From: Balanoglossus misakiensis
Taxonomy: Eukaryota > Animalia > Hemichordata
DNA: 64,000 nucleotides
NCBI GenBank assembly: GCA_040954595.2
Contig: CM082580.2
Coordinates: 1,540,783-1,604,782, forward strand
Direction: 5' to 3'
Shown here: piece by piece, positions 13,801 through 28,900 of the stretch
Layout of the letters: each line of letters begins with the position of its first letter
Numbering within the stretch: position 1 is the first letter of the stretch
Made by a program: the position numbers and the translations under genes
The notes under the pieces: generated by a model
Told to the model about the DNA's origin: nothing
Database searches by the model: none
Seen by the model: the letters and a program-made list of their open reading frames with translations, nothing else

Positions 13801-16223
13801 TCCAAACACAGCCTCGTTTGTTTACAAAATTCTGTTGTGATGCGCAGAACACATATATAGGCCTATGCGCATAATAACGTTTTCCACTAGACTCTGTAGA
13901 TCGACGGATAGTTGTAAAATTTCCATGGTTGCTTCCAAACAGCCTCGTTTATTTACCGAATTCTGTTGTGAGGCGCAGAACACATAGATAGGCATATGTG
14001 CATAAGAAAGTTTTCCACTATAGACTCTGTAGATCGAGAGATAGTTCTAAAATGTCCATGGTTGCTTCCAAACACAGCCTCGTTTGTTTACAAAATTCTG
14101 TTGTGATGCGCAGAACACATATATAGGCCTATGCGCATAATAACGTTTTCCACTAGACTCTGTAGATCGACGGATAGCTGTAAAATTTCCATGGTTGCTT
14201 CCAAACAGCCTCGTTTATTTACCGAATTCTGTTGTGAGGCGCAGAACACATAGATAGGCATATGTGCATAAGAAAGTTTTCCACTACAGACTCTGTAGAT
14301 CGAGAGATAGTTCTAAAATGTCCATGGTTGCTTCCAAACACAGCCTCGTTTATTTACCGATTTCTGTTGTGATGCGCATAACACATAGATAGGCCTATGC
14401 GCATAAGAACGTTTTCCACTAGACTCTGTAGATCGACGGATAGCTGTAAAATTTCCATGGTTGCTTCCAAACAGCCTCGTTTATTTACCGATTTCTGTTG
14501 TGAGGCGCAGAACACATGATAGGCCTATGCGCATAAGAAAGTTTTCCACCAGACTCTGTAGATCGACGGATAGTTGTAAAATTTCCATGGTTGCTTCCAA
14601 ACAGCCTCGTTTATTTACCGATTTCTGTTGTGATGCGCAGAACACATAGATAGGCATATGTGCATAATAAAGTTTTCCACTAGACTCTGTAGATCGAGAG
14701 ATAGTTCTAAAATTTCCATGGTTGCTTCCAAACACAGCCTCGTTTGTTTACAAAATTCTGTTGTGATGCGCAGAACACATATATAGGCCTATGCGCATAA
14801 TAACGTTTTCCACTAGACTCTGTAGATCGACGGATAGTTGTAAAATTTCCATGGTTGCTTCCAAACAGCCTCGTTTATTTACCGAATTCTGTTGTGAGGC
14901 GCAGAACACATAGATAGGCATATGTGCATAAGAAAGTTTTCCACTATAGACTCTGTAGATCGAGAGATAGTTCTAAAATGTCCATGGTTGCTACCAAACA
15001 CAGCCTCGTTTGTTTACAAAATTCTGTTGTGATGCGCAGAACACATATATAGGCCTATGCGCATAAGAACGTTTCCACTAGACTCTGTAGATCGACGGAT
15101 AGCTGTAAAATTTCCATGGTTGCTTCCAAACAGCCTCGTTTATTTACCGATTTCTGTTGTGAGGCGCAGAACACATGATAGGCCTATGCGCATGAGACAT
15201 TTTTCCACTAGACTCTGTAGATCGACGGATAGCTGTAAAATTTCCATGGTTGCCTCCAAACAGCCTCGTTTATTTTCCGATTTCTGTTGTGAGGCGCAGA
15301 ACACATGATAGGCCTATGCGCATGAGACATTTTTCCACTAGACTCTGTAGATCGACGGATAGTTGTAAAATTTCATGGTTGCTTCCAAATACAGCCTCGT
15401 TTATTTACCGATTTCTGTTGTGATGCGCATAACACATTGATAGGCCTATGCGCATAAGAACGTTTCCACTAGACTTTGTAGATCGACGGATAGTTCTACA
15501 ATGTCCATGGTTGCTTCCAAACAGCCTCGTTTATTTACCGAATTCTGTTGTGAGGCGCAGAACACGTAATAGGTCTATGCGCATAAGGAAGTTTTCCACC
15601 AGACTCTGTAGATCGACGGATAGTTGTAAAATTTCATGGTTGCTTCCAAATACAGCCTCGTTTATTTACCGATTTCTGTTGTGATGCGCATAACACATAG
15701 ATAGGCCTATGCGCATAAGAACGTTTTCCACTAGACTCTTTAGATCGACGGATAGTTGTACAATTTCCATGGTTGCTTCCAAACAGCCTCGTTTATTTAC
15801 CGATTTCTGTTGTGAGGCGCAGAACACATGATAGGCCTATGCGCATAAGACATTTTTCCACTAGACTCTGTAGATCGACGGATAGTTCTAAAATTTCCAT
15901 GGTTGCTTCCAAACAGCCTCGTTTATTTACCGAATTCTGTTGTGAGGCGCAGAGCACGTAATAGGCCTATGCGCACAAGAAAGTTTTCCACCAGACTCTG
16001 TAGATCGACGGATAGTTGTAAAATTTCCATGGTTGCTTCCAAACAGCCTCGTTTATTTACCGATTTCTGTTGTGATGCGCAGAACACATAGATAGGCATA
16101 TGTGCATAATAAAGTTTTCCACTAGACTCTGTAGATCGAGAGATAGTTCTAAAATTTCCATGGTTGCTTCCAAACACAGCCTCGTTTGTTTACAAAATTC
16201 TGTTGTGATGCGCAGAACACATA
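4813..16223. repeat. ~4.4-kb segment of satellite A duplicated at offset 7209 bp (~4813-9280 vs ~12022-16223)
   Basis: Matching ORF pairs 5166/12375, 5741/12950 and 6326/13535 have offset 7209. Pairs 7518/14461, 8114/15057 and 8960/15903 have offset 6943 (7209-266). Rare variants are shared, e.g. GCTAGCAAAC, TTTCCCTGG, GTGAAGCGC. Ends are approximate. Confidence 0.85.
6595..7392. repeat. Three tandem copies of the 266-bp heterodimer (2 x 133 bp) of satellite A
   Basis: The variant AAACACAGCC (CA insertion) occurs at 6595, 6861, 7127 and 7393, exactly 266 bp apart. It alternates with the GGCATATGTGCAT...CCACTATAGAC...GATCGAGAGATAGTTCT monomer. Confidence 0.9.
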
Positions 16224-19200
16224 TATAGGCCTATGCGCATAATAACGTTTTCCACTAGACTCTGTAGATCGACGGATAGTTGTAAAATTTCCATGGTTGC
16301 TTCCAAACAGCCTCGTTTATTTACCGAATTCTGTTGTGAGGCGCAGAACACATAGATAGGCATATGTGCATAAGAAAGTTTTCCACTATAGACTCTGTAG
16401 ATCGAGAGATAGTTCTAAAATGTCCATGGTTGCTTCCAAACACAGCCTCGTTTGTTTACAAAATTCTGTTGTGATGCGCAGAACACATATATAGGCCTAT
16501 GCGCATAATAACGTTTTCCACTAGACTCTGTAGATCGACGGATAGCTGTAAAATTTCCATGGTTGCTTCCAAACAGCCTCGTTTATTTACCGAATTCTGT
16601 TGTGAGGCGCAGAACACATAGATAGGCATATGTGCATAAGAAAGTTTTCCACTACAGACTCTGTAGATCGAGAGATAGTTCTAAAATGTCCATGGTTGCT
16701 TCCAAACACAGCCTCGTTTATTTACCGATTTCTGTTGTGATGCGCATAACACATAGATAGGCCTATGCGCATAAGAACGTTTTCCACTAGACTCTGTAGA
16801 TCGACGGATAGCTGTAAAATTTCCATGGTTGCTTCCAAACAGCCTCGTTTATTTACCGATTTCTGTTGTGAGGCGCAGAACACATGATAGGCCTATGCGC
16901 ATGAGACATGTTTCCACTAGACTCTGTAGATCGACGGATAGTTGTAAAATTTCATGGTTGCTTCCAAATACAGCCTCGTTTATTTACCGATTTCTGTTGT
17001 GATGCGCATAACACATTGATAGGCCTATGCGCATAAGAACGTTTCCACTAGACTTTGTAGATCGACGGATAGTTGTACAATGTCCATGGTTGCTTCCAAA
17101 CAGCCTCGTTTATTTACCGAATTCTGTTGTGAGGCGCAGAGCACGTAATAGGCCTATGCGCATAAGAAAGTTTTCCACCAGACTCTGTAGATCGACGGAT
17201 AGTTGTAAAATTTCCATGGTTGCTTCCAAACAGCCTCGTTTATTTACCGATTTCTGTTGTGATGCGCAGAACACATAGATAGGCATATGTGCATAATAAA
17301 GTTTTCCACTAGACTCTGTAGATCGAGAGATAGTTCTAAAATTTCCATGGTTGCTTCCAAACACAGCCTCGTTTGTTTACAAAATTCTGTTGTGATGCGC
17401 AGAACACATATATAGGCCTATGCGCATAATAACGTTTTCCACTAGACTCTGTAGATCGACGGATAGTTGTAAAATTTCCATGGTTGCTTCCAAATAGCCT
17501 CGTTTATTTACCGAATTCTGTTGTGAGGCGCAGAACACATAGATAGGCATATGTGCATAATAAAGTTTTCCACTATAGACTCTGTAGATCGAGAGATAGT
17601 TCTAAAATGTCCATGGTTGCTTCCAAACACAGCCTCGTTTGTTTACAAAATTCTGTTGTGATGCGCAGAACACATATATAGGCCTATGCGCATAAGAACG
17701 TTTCCACTAGACTCTGTAGATCGACGGATAGCTGTAAAATTTCCATGGTTGCTTCCAAACAGCCTCGTTTATTTACCGAATTCTGTTGTGAGGCGCAGAA
17801 CACATAGATAGGCATATGTGCATAAGAAAGTTTTCCACTACAGACTCTGTAGATCGAGAGATAGTTCTAAAATGTCCATGGTTGCTTCCAAACACAGCCT
17901 CGTTTATTTACCGATTTCTGTTGTGATGCGCATAACACATAGATAGGCCTATGCGCATAAGAACGTTTTCCACTAGACTCTGTAGATCGACGGATAGTTG
18001 TACAATTTCCATGGTTGCTTCCAAACAGCATCGTTTATTTACCGAATTCTGTTGTGAGGCGCAGAACACGTAATAGGTCTATGCGCATAAGGAAGTTTTC
18101 CACCAGACTCTGTAGATCGACGGATAGTTGTAAAATTTCATGGTTGCTTCCAAATACAGCCTCGTTTATTTACCGATTTCTGTTGTGATGCGCATAACAC
18201 ATAGATAGGCCTATGCGCATAAGAACGTTTTCCACTAGACTCTGTAGATCGACGGATAGTTGTACAATTTCCATGGTTGCTTCCAAACAGCCTCGTTTAT
18301 TTACCGATTTCTGTTGTGAGGCGCAGAACACATGATAGGCCTATGCGCATAAGACATTTTTCCACTAGACTCTGTAGATCGACGGATAGTTCTAAAATTT
18401 CCATGGTTGCTTCCAAACAGCCTCGTTTATTTACCGAATTCTGTTGTGAGGCGCAGAGCACGTAATAGGCCTATGCGCATAAGAAAGTTTTCCACCAGAC
18501 TCTGTAGATCGACGGATAGTTGTAAAATTTCATGGTTGCTTCCAAATACAGCCTCGTTTATTTACCGATTTCTGTTGTGATGCGCATAACACATAGATAG
18601 GCCTATGCGCATAAGAACGTTTTCCACTAGACTCTTTAGATCGACGGATAGTTGTACAATTTCCATGGTTGCTTCCAAACAGCCTCGTTTATTTACCGAT
18701 TTCTGTTGTGAGGCGCAGAACACATGATAGGCCTATGCGCATAAGACATTTTTCCACTAGACTCTGTAGATCGACGGATAGTTCTAAAATTTCCATGGTT
18801 GCTTCCAAACAGCCTCGTTTATTTACCGAATTCTGTTGTGAGGCGCAGAGCACGTAATAGGCCTATGCGCATAAGAAAGTTTTCCACCAGACTCTGTAGA
18901 TCGACGGATAGTTGTAAAATTTCCATGGTTGCTTCCAAACAGCCTCGTTTATTTACCGATTTCTGTTGTGATGCGCAGAACACATAGATAGGCATATGTG
19001 CATAATAAAGTTTTCCACTAGACTCTGTAGATCGAGAGATAGTTCTAAAATTTCCATGGTTGCTTCCAAACACAGCCTCGTTTGTTTACAAAATTCTGTT
19101 GTGATGCGCAGAACACATATATAGGCCTATGCGCATAATAACGTTTTCCACTAGACTCTGTAGATCGACGGATAGTTGTAAAATTTCCATGGTTGCTTCC

Positions 19201-19939
19201 AAACAGCCTCGTTTATTTACCGAATTCTGTTGTGAGGCGCAGAACACATAGATAGGCATATGTGCATAAGAAAGTTTTCCACTATAGACTCTGTAGATCG
19301 AGAGATAGTTCTAAAATGTCCATGGTTGCTTCCAAACACAGCCTCGTTTGTTTACAAAATTCTGTTGTGATGCGCAGAACACATATATAGGCCTATGCGC
19401 ATAATAACGTTTTCCACTAGACTCTGTAGATCGACGGATAGCTGTAAAATTTCCATGGTTGCTTCCAAACAGCCTCGTTTATTTACCGAATTCTGTTGTG
19501 AGGCGCAGAACACATAGATAGGCATATGTGCATAAGAAAGTTTTCCACTACAGACTCTGTAGATCGAGAGATAGTTCTAAAATGTCCATGGTTGCTTCCA
19601 AACACAGCCTCGTTTATTTACCGATTTCTGTTGTGATGCGCATAACACATAGATAGGCCTATGCGCATAAGAACGTTTTCCACTAGACTCTGTAGATCGA
19701 CGGATAGCTGTAAAATTTCCATGGTTGCTTCCAAACAGCCTCGTTTATTTACCGATTTCTGTTGTGAGGCGCAGAACACATGATAGGCCTATGCGCATGA
19801 GACATGTTTCCACTAGACTCTGTAGATCGACGGATAGTTGTAAAATTTCATGGTTGCTTCCAAATACAGCCTCGTTTATTTACCGATTTCTGTTGTGATG
19901 CGCATAACACATTGATAGGCCTATGCGCATAAGAACGTT

Positions 19940-22900
19940 TCCACTAGACTTTGTAGATCGACGGATAGTTGTACAATGTCCATGGTTGCTTCCAAACAGC
20001 CTCGTTTATTTACCGAATTCTGTTGTGAGGCGCAGAGCACGTAATAGGCCTATGCGCATAAGAAAGTTTTCCACCAGACTCTGTAGATCGACGGATAGTT
20101 GTAAAATTTCCATGGTTGCTTCCAAACAGCCTCGTTTATTTACCGATTTCTGTTGTGATGCGCAGAACACATAGATAGGCATATGTGCATAATAAAGTTT
20201 TCCACTAGACTCTGTAGATCGAGAGATAGTTCTAAAATTTCCATGGTTGCTTCCAAACACAGCCTCGTTTGTGTACAAAATTCTGTTGTGATGCGCAGAA
20301 CACATATATAGGCCTATGCGCATAATAACGTTTTCCACTAGACTCTGTAGATCGACGGATAGTTGTAAAATTTCCATGGTTGCTTCCAAATAGCCTCGTT
20401 TATTTACCGAATTCTGTTGTGAGGCGCAGAACACATAGATAGGCATATGTGCATAATAAAGTTTTCCACTATAGACTCTGTAGATCGAGAGATAGTTCTA
20501 AAATGTCCATGGTTGCTTCCAAACACAGCCTCGTTTGTTTACAAAATTCTGTTGTGATGCGCAGAACACATATATAGGCCTATGCGCATAAGAACGTTTT
20601 CCACTAGACTCTGTAGATCGACGGATAGTTGTACAATTTCCATGGTTGCTTCCAAACAGCATCGTTTATTTACCGAATTCTGTTGTGAGGCGCAGAACAC
20701 GTAATAGGTCTATGCGCATAAGGAAGTTTTCCACCAGACTCTGTAGATCGACGGATAGTTGTAAAATTTCATGGTTGCTTCCAAATACAGCCTCGTTTAT
20801 TTACCGATTTCTGTTGTGATGCGCATAACACATAGATAGGCCTATGCGCATAAGAACGTTTTCCACTAGACTCTGTAGATCGACGGATAGTTGTACAATT
20901 TCCATGGTTGCTTCCAAACAGCCTCGTTTATTTACCGATTTCTGTTGTGAGGCGCAGAACACATGATAGGCCTATGCGCATAAGACATTTTTCCACTAGA
21001 CTCTGTAGATCGACGGATAGTTCTAAAATTTCCATGGTTGCTTCCAAACAGCCTCGTTTATTTACCGAATTCTGTTGTGAGGCGCAGAGCACGTAATAGG
21101 CCTATGCGCATAAGAAAGTTTTCCACCAGACTCCGTAGATCGACGGATAGTTGTAAAATTTCCATGGTTGTTTCCAAACACAGCCTCGTTCATTTACAAA
21201 ATTCTGTTGTGATGCGCTGAACACATACATATGCCTATGCGCATAAGAAAGTTTCCACTAGACTCTGTAGATCGACGGATAGTTCTAAAATTTCCATGAT
21301 TGCTTCCAAACACATCCTCGATTGTTTACAAAATTCTGTTGTGATGCGCAGAACACATAGATAGGCCTATGCGCATATGAACGTTTTCCACTATACACTG
21401 TAGATCGAGAGATAGTTCTAAAACTTCCATGTTTGCTTCCAAACAGCCTCGTTTATTTGCGGAATTCTGTTTTGAGGCGCAGAACACATAGATAGGCATA
21501 TGTGAATAAGAAAGTTTTCCACTATAGACTCTGTAGATCGAGAGATAGTTGTAAAATTTCCATGGTTGCTTCCAAACAGCCTCGTTTATTTACCGATTTC
21601 TGTTGTGAGGCGCAGAACACATAGATAGGCCTATGCGCATAAAAAACTTTTCAACTTTAGATCAACGGATAGTTCAAAAATTTCCATGGTTGTTTCCAAA
21701 CAGCCTCGTTTATTTACCGAATTCTGTTGTGATGCGTAGAACACATACATATGCCTATGCGCATAAGAAAGTTTTCCACCAGACTCTGTAGATCGACGGA
21801 TAGTTGTAAAATTTCCATGGTTGCTTCCAAACAGCCTCGTTTATTTACCGATTTCTGTTGTGATGCGCAGAACACATAGATAGGCATATGTGCATAATAA
21901 AGTTTTCCACTAGACTCTGTAGATCGAGAGATAGTTCTAAAATTTCCATGGTTGCTTCCAAACACAGCCTCGTTTGTTTACAAAATTCTGTTGTGATGCG
22001 CAGAACACATATATAGGCCTATGCGCATAATAACGTTTTCCACTAGACTCTGTAGATCGACGGATAGTTGTAAAATTTCCATGGTTGCTTCCAAACAGCC
22101 TCGTTTATTTACCGAATTCTGTTGTGAGGCGCAGAACACATAGATAGGCATATGTGCATAAGAAAGTTTTCCACTATAGACTCTGTAGATCGAGAGATAG
22201 TTCTAAAATGTCCATGGTTGCTTCCAAACACAGCCTCGTTTGTTTACAAAATTCTGTTATGATGCGCAGAACACATATATAGGCCTATGCGCATAAGACC
22301 GTTTCCACTAGACTCTGTAGATCGACGGATAGCTGTAAAATTTCCATGGTTGCTTTTAAACAGCCTCGTTTATTTACCGATTTCTGTTGTGAGGCGCAGA
22401 ACACATAGATAGGCATATGTGCATAAGAAAGTTTTCCACTATAGACTCTGTAGATAGTTCTAAAATGTCCATGGTTGCTTCCAAACACAGCCTCGTTTAT
22501 TTACCGATTTCTGTTGAGATGCGCATAACACATAGATAGGCCTATGCGCATAAGAACGTTTTCCACTAGACTCTGTAGATCGACGGATAGTTGTACAATT
22601 TCCATGGTTGCTTCCAAACAGCATCGTTTATTTACGGAATTCTGTTGTGAGGCGCAGAACACGTAATAGGTCTATGCGCATAAGGAAGTTTTCCACCAGA
22701 CTCTGTAGATCGACGGATAGTTGTTAAATTTCATGGTTGCTTCAAAATACAGCCTCGTTTATTTACCGATTTCTGTTGTGATGCGCATAACACATAGATA
22801 GGCCTATGCGCATAAGAAGGTTTTCCACTAGACTCTGTAGATCGACGGATAGTTGTACAATTTCCATGGTTGCTTCCAAACAGCCTCGTTTATTTACCGA

Positions 22901-25900
22901 TTTCTGTTGTGAGGCGCAGAACACATGACAGGCCTATGCGCATAAGACATTTTTCCACTAGACTCTGTAGATCGACGGATAGTTCTAAAATGTCCATGGT
23001 TGCTTCCAAACAGCCTCGTTTATTTACCGAATTCTGTTGTGAGGCGCAGAGCACGTAATAGGCCTATGCGCATAAGAAAGTTTTCCACCAGACTCCGTAG
23101 ATCGACGGATAGTTGTAAAATTTCCATGGTTGTTTCCAAACACAGCCTCGTTCATTTACAAAATTCTGTTGTGATGCGCTGAACACATACATATGCCTAT
23201 GCGCATAAGAAAGTTTCCCACTAGACTCTGTAGATCGACGGATAGTTCTAAAATGTCCATGGTTGCTTCCAAACAAAGCCTCGATTGTTTACAAAATTCT
23301 GTTGTGATGCGCAGAACACATAGATAGGCCTATGCGCATATGAACGTTTTCCACTATACTCTGTAGATCGAGAGTTAGTTCTAAAATTTCCATGTTTGCT
23401 TCCAAACAGCCTCGTTTATTTACGGAATTCTGTTTTGAGGCGCAGAACACATAGATAGGCATATGTGCATAAGAAAGTTTTCCACTATAGACTCTGTACA
23501 TCGAGAGATAGTTCTAAAATTTCCATGGTTGCTTTCAAACACAGCCTCGTTTGTTTACAAAATTCTGTTGTGATGCGCATAACACATAGATAGGCCTATG
23601 CGCATAAGAACGTTTTCCACTAGACTCTGTAGATCGACGGATAGTTGTACAATTTCCATGGTTGCTTCCAAACAGCATCGTTTATTTACCGAATTCTGTT
23701 GTGAGGCGCAGAACACGTAATAGGTCTATGCGCATAAGGAAGTTTTCCACCAGACTCTGTAGATCGACGGATAGTTGTAAAATTTCATGGTTGCTTCCAA
23801 ATACAGCCTCGTTTATTTACCGATTTCTGTTGTGATGCGCATAACACATAGATAGGCCTATGCGCATAAGAACGTTTTCCACTAGACTCTGTAGATCGAC
23901 GGATAGTTGTACAATTTCCATGGTTGCTTCCAAACAGCCTCGTTTATTTACCGATTTCTGTTGTGAGGCGCAGAACACATGATAGGCCTATGCGCATAAG
24001 ACATTTTTCCACTAGACTCTGTAGATCGACGGATAGTTCTAAAATTTCCATGGTTGCTTCCAAACAGCCTCGTTTATTTACCGAATTCTGTTGTGAGGCG
24101 CAGAGCACGTAATAGGCCTATGCGCATAAGAAAGTTTTCCACCAGACTCTGTAGATCGACGGATAGTTGTAAAATTTCCATGGTTGCTTCCAAACAGCCT
24201 CGTTTATTTACCGATTTCTGTTGTGATGCGCAGAACACATAGATAGGCATATGTGCATAATAAAGTTTTCCACTAGACTCTGTAGATCGAGAGATAGTTC
24301 TAAAATTTCCATGGTTGCTTCCAAACACAGCCTCGTTTGTTTACAAAATTCTGTTGTGATGCGCAGAACACATATATAGGCCTATGCGCATAATAACGTT
24401 TTCCACTAGACTCTGTAGATCGACGGATAGTTGTAAAATTTCCATGGTTGCTTCCAAACAGCCTCGTTTATTTACCGAATTCTGTTGTGAGGCGCAGAAC
24501 ACATAGATAGGCATATGTGCATAAGAAAGTTTTCCACTATAGACTCTGTAGATCGAGAGATAGTTCTAAAATGTCCATGGTTGCTTCCAAACACAGCCTC
24601 GTTTGTTTACAAAATTCTGTTGTGATGCGCAGAACACATATATAGGCCTATGCGCATAATAACGTTTTCCACTAGACTCTGTAGATCGACGGATAGCTGT
24701 AAAATTTCCATGGTTGCTTCCAAACAGCCTCGTTTATTTACCGAATTCTGTTGTGAGGCGCAGAACACATAGATAGGCATATGTGCATAAGAAAGTTTTC
24801 CACTACAGACTCTGTAGATCGAGAGATAGTTCTAAAATGTCCATGGTTGCTTCCAAACACAGCCTCGTTTATTTACCGATTTCTGTTGTGATGCGCATAA
24901 CACATAGATAGGCCTATGCGCATAAGAACGTTTTCCACTAGACTCTGTAGATCGACGGATAGCTGTAAAATTTCCATGGTTGCTTCCAAACAGCCTCGTT
25001 TATTTACCGATTTCTGTTGTGAGGCGCAGAACACATGATAGGCCTATGCGCATGAGACATGTTTCCACTAGACTTTGTAGATCGACGGATAGTTGTACAA
25101 TGTCCATGGTTGCTTCCAAACAGCCTCGTTTATTTACCGAATTCTGTTGTGAGGCGCAGAGCACGTAATAGGCCTATGCGCATAAGAAAGTTTTCCACCA
25201 GACTCTGTAGATCGACGGATAGTTGTAAAATTTCCATGGTTGCTTCCAAACAGCCTCGTTTATTTACCGATTTCTGTTGTGATGCGCAGAACACATAGAT
25301 AGGCATATGTGCATAATAAAGTTTTCCACTAGACTCTGTAGATCGAGAGATAGTTCTAAAATTTCCATGGTTGCTTCCAAACACAGCCTCGTTTGTGTAC
25401 AAAATTCTGTTGTGATGCGCAGAACACATATATAGGCCTATGCGCATAATAACGTTTTCCACTAGACTCTGTAGATCGACGGATAGTTGTAAAATTTCCA
25501 TGGTTGCTTCCAAATAGCCTCGTTTATTTACCGAATTCTGTTGTGAGGCGCAGAACACATAGATAGGCATATGTGCATAATAAAGTTTTCCACTATAGAC
25601 TCTGTAGATCGAGAGATAGTTCTAAAATGTCCATGGTTGCTTCCAAACACAGCCTCGTTTGTTTACAAAATTCTGTTGTGATGCGCAGAACACATATATA
25701 GGCCTATGCGCATAAGAACGTTTTCCACTAGACTCTGTAGATCGACGGATAGTTGTACAATTTCCATGGTTGCTTCCAAACAGCATCGTTTATTTACCGA
25801 ATTCTGTTGTGAGGCGCAGAACACGTAATAGGTCTATGCGCATAAGGAAGTTTTCCACCAGACTCTGTAGATCGACGGATAGTTGTAAAATTTCATGGTT

Positions 25901-28900
25901 GCTTCCAAATACAGCCTCGTTTATTTACCGATTTCTGTTGTGATGCGCATAACACATAGATAGGCCTATGCGCATAAGAACGTTTTCCACTAGACTCTGT
26001 AGATCGACGGATAGTTGTACAATTTCCATGGTTGCTTCCAAACAGCCTCGTTTATTTACCGATTTCTGTTGTGAGGCGCAGAACACATGATAGGCCTATG
26101 CGCATAAGACATTTTTCCACTAGACTCTGTAGATCGACGGATAGTTCTAAAATTTCCATGGTTGCTTCCAAACAGCCTCGTTTATTTACCGAATTCTGTT
26201 GTGAGGCGCAGAGCACGTAATAGGCCTATGCGCATAAGAAAGTTTTCCACCAGACTCCGTAGATCGACGGATAGTTGTAAAATTTCCATGGTTGTTTCCA
26301 AACACAGCCTCGTTCATTTACAAAATTCTGTTGTGATGCGCTGAACACATACATATGCCTATGCGCATAAGAAAGTTTCCACTAGACTCTGTAGATCGAC
26401 GGATAGTTCTAAAATTTCCATGATTGCTTCCAAACACATCCTCGATTGTTTACAAAATTCTGTTGTGATGCGCAGAACACATAGATAGGCCTATGCGCAT
26501 ATGAACGTTTTCCACTATACACTGTAGATCGAGAGATAGTTCTAAAACTTCCATGTTTGCTTCCAAACAGCCTCGTTTATTTGCGGAATTCTGTTTTGAG
26601 GCGCAGAACACATAGATAGGCATATGTGAATAAGAAAGTTTTCCACTATAGACTCTGTAGATCGAGAGATAGTTGTAAAATTTCCATGGTTGCTTCCAAA
26701 CAGCCTCGTTTATTTACCGATTTCTGTTGTGAGGCGCAGAACACATAGATAGGCCTATGCGCATAAAAAACTTTTCAACTTTAGATCAACGGATAGTTCA
26801 AAAATTTCCATGGTTGTTTCCAAACAGCCTCGTTTATTTACCGAATTCTGTTGTGATGCGTAGAACACATACATATGCCTATGCGCATAAGAAAGTTTTC
26901 CACCAGACTCTGTAGATCGACGGATAGTTGTAAAATTTCCATGGTTGCTTCCAAACAGCCTCGTTTATTTACCGATTTCTGTTGTGATGCGCAGAACACA
27001 TAGATAGGCATATGTGCATAATAAAGTTTTCCACTAGACTCTGTAGATCGAGAGATAGTTCTAAAATTTCCATGGTTGCTTCCAAACACAGCCTCGTTTG
27101 TTTACAAAATTCTGTTGTGATGCGCAGAACACATATATAGGCCTATGCGCATAATAACGTTTTCCACTAGACTCTGTAGATCGACGGATAGTTGTAAAAT
27201 TTCCATGGTTGCTTCCAAACAGCCTCGTTTATTTACCGAATTCTGTTGTGAGGCGCAGAACACATAGATAGGCATATGTGCATAAGAAAGTTTTCCACTA
27301 TAGACTCTGTAGATCGAGAGATAGTTCTAAAATGTCCATGGTTGCTTCCAAACACAGCCTCGTTTGTTTACAAAATTCTGTTATGATGCGCAGAACACAT
27401 ATATAGGCCTATGCGCATAAGACCGTTTCCACTAGACTCTGTAGATCGACGGATAGCTGTAAAATTTCCATGGTTGCTTTTAAACAGCCTCGTTTATTTA
27501 CCGATTTCTGTTGTGAGGCGCAGAACACATAGATAGGCATATGTGCATAAGAAAGTTTTCCACTATAGACTCTGTAGATAGTTCTAAAATGTCCATGGTT
27601 GCTTCCAAACACAGCCTCGTTTATTTACCGATTTCTGTTGAGATGCGCATAACACATAGATAGGCCTATGCGCATAAGAACGTTTTCCACTAGACTCTGT
27701 AGATCGACGGATAGTTGTACAATTTCCATGGTTGCTTCCAAACAGCATCGTTTATTTACGGAATTCTGTTGTGAGGCGCAGAACACGTAATAGGTCTATG
27801 CGCATAAGGAAGTTTTCCACCAGACTCTGTAGATCGACGGATAGTTGTTAAATTTCATGGTTGCTTCAAAATACAGCCTCGTTTATTTACCGATTTCTGT
27901 TGTGATGCGCATAACACATAGATAGGCCTATGCGCATAAGAACGTTTTCCACTAGACTCTGTAGATCGACGGATAGTTGTACAATTTCCATGGTTGCTTC
28001 CAAACAGCCTCGTTTATTTACCGATTTCTGTTGTGAGGCGCAGAACACATGACAGGCCTATGCGCATAAGACATTTTTCCACTAGACTCTGTAGATCGAC
28101 GGATAGTTCTAAAATGTCCATGGTTGCTTCCAAACAGCCTCGTTTATTTACCGAATTCTGTTGTGAGGCGCAGAGCACGTAATAGGCCTATGCGCATAAG
28201 AAAGTTTTCCACCAGACTCCGTAGATCGACGGATAGTTGTAAAATTTCCATGGTTGTTTCCAAACACAGCCTCGTTCATTTACAAAATTCTGTTGTGATG
28301 CGCTGAACACATACATATGCCTATGCGCATAAGAAAGTTTCCCACTAGACTCTGTAGATCGACGGATAGTTCTAAAATGTCCATGGTTGCTTCCAAACAA
28401 AGCCTCGATTGTTTACAAAATTCTGTTGTGATGCGCAGAACACATAGATAGGCCTATGCGCATATGAACGTTTTCCACTATACTCTGTAGATCGAGAGTT
28501 AGTTCTAAAATTTCCATGTTTGCTTCCAAACAGCCTCGTTTATTTACGGAATTCTGTTTTGAGGCGCAGAACACATAGATAGGCATATGTGCATAAGAAA
28601 GTTTTCCACTATAGACTCTGTACATCGAGAGATAGTTCTAAAATTTCCATGGTTGCTTTCAAACACAGCCTCGTTTGTTTACAAAATTCTGTTGTGATGC
28701 GCATAACACATAGATAGGCCTATGCGCATAAGAACGTTTTCCACTAGACTCTGTAGATCGACGGATAGTTGTACAATTTCCATGGTTGCTTCCAAACAGC
28801 ATCGTTTATTTACCGAATTCTGTTGTGAGGCGCAGAACACGTAATAGGTCTATGCGCATAAGGAAGTTTTCCACCAGACTCTGTAGATCGACGGATAGTT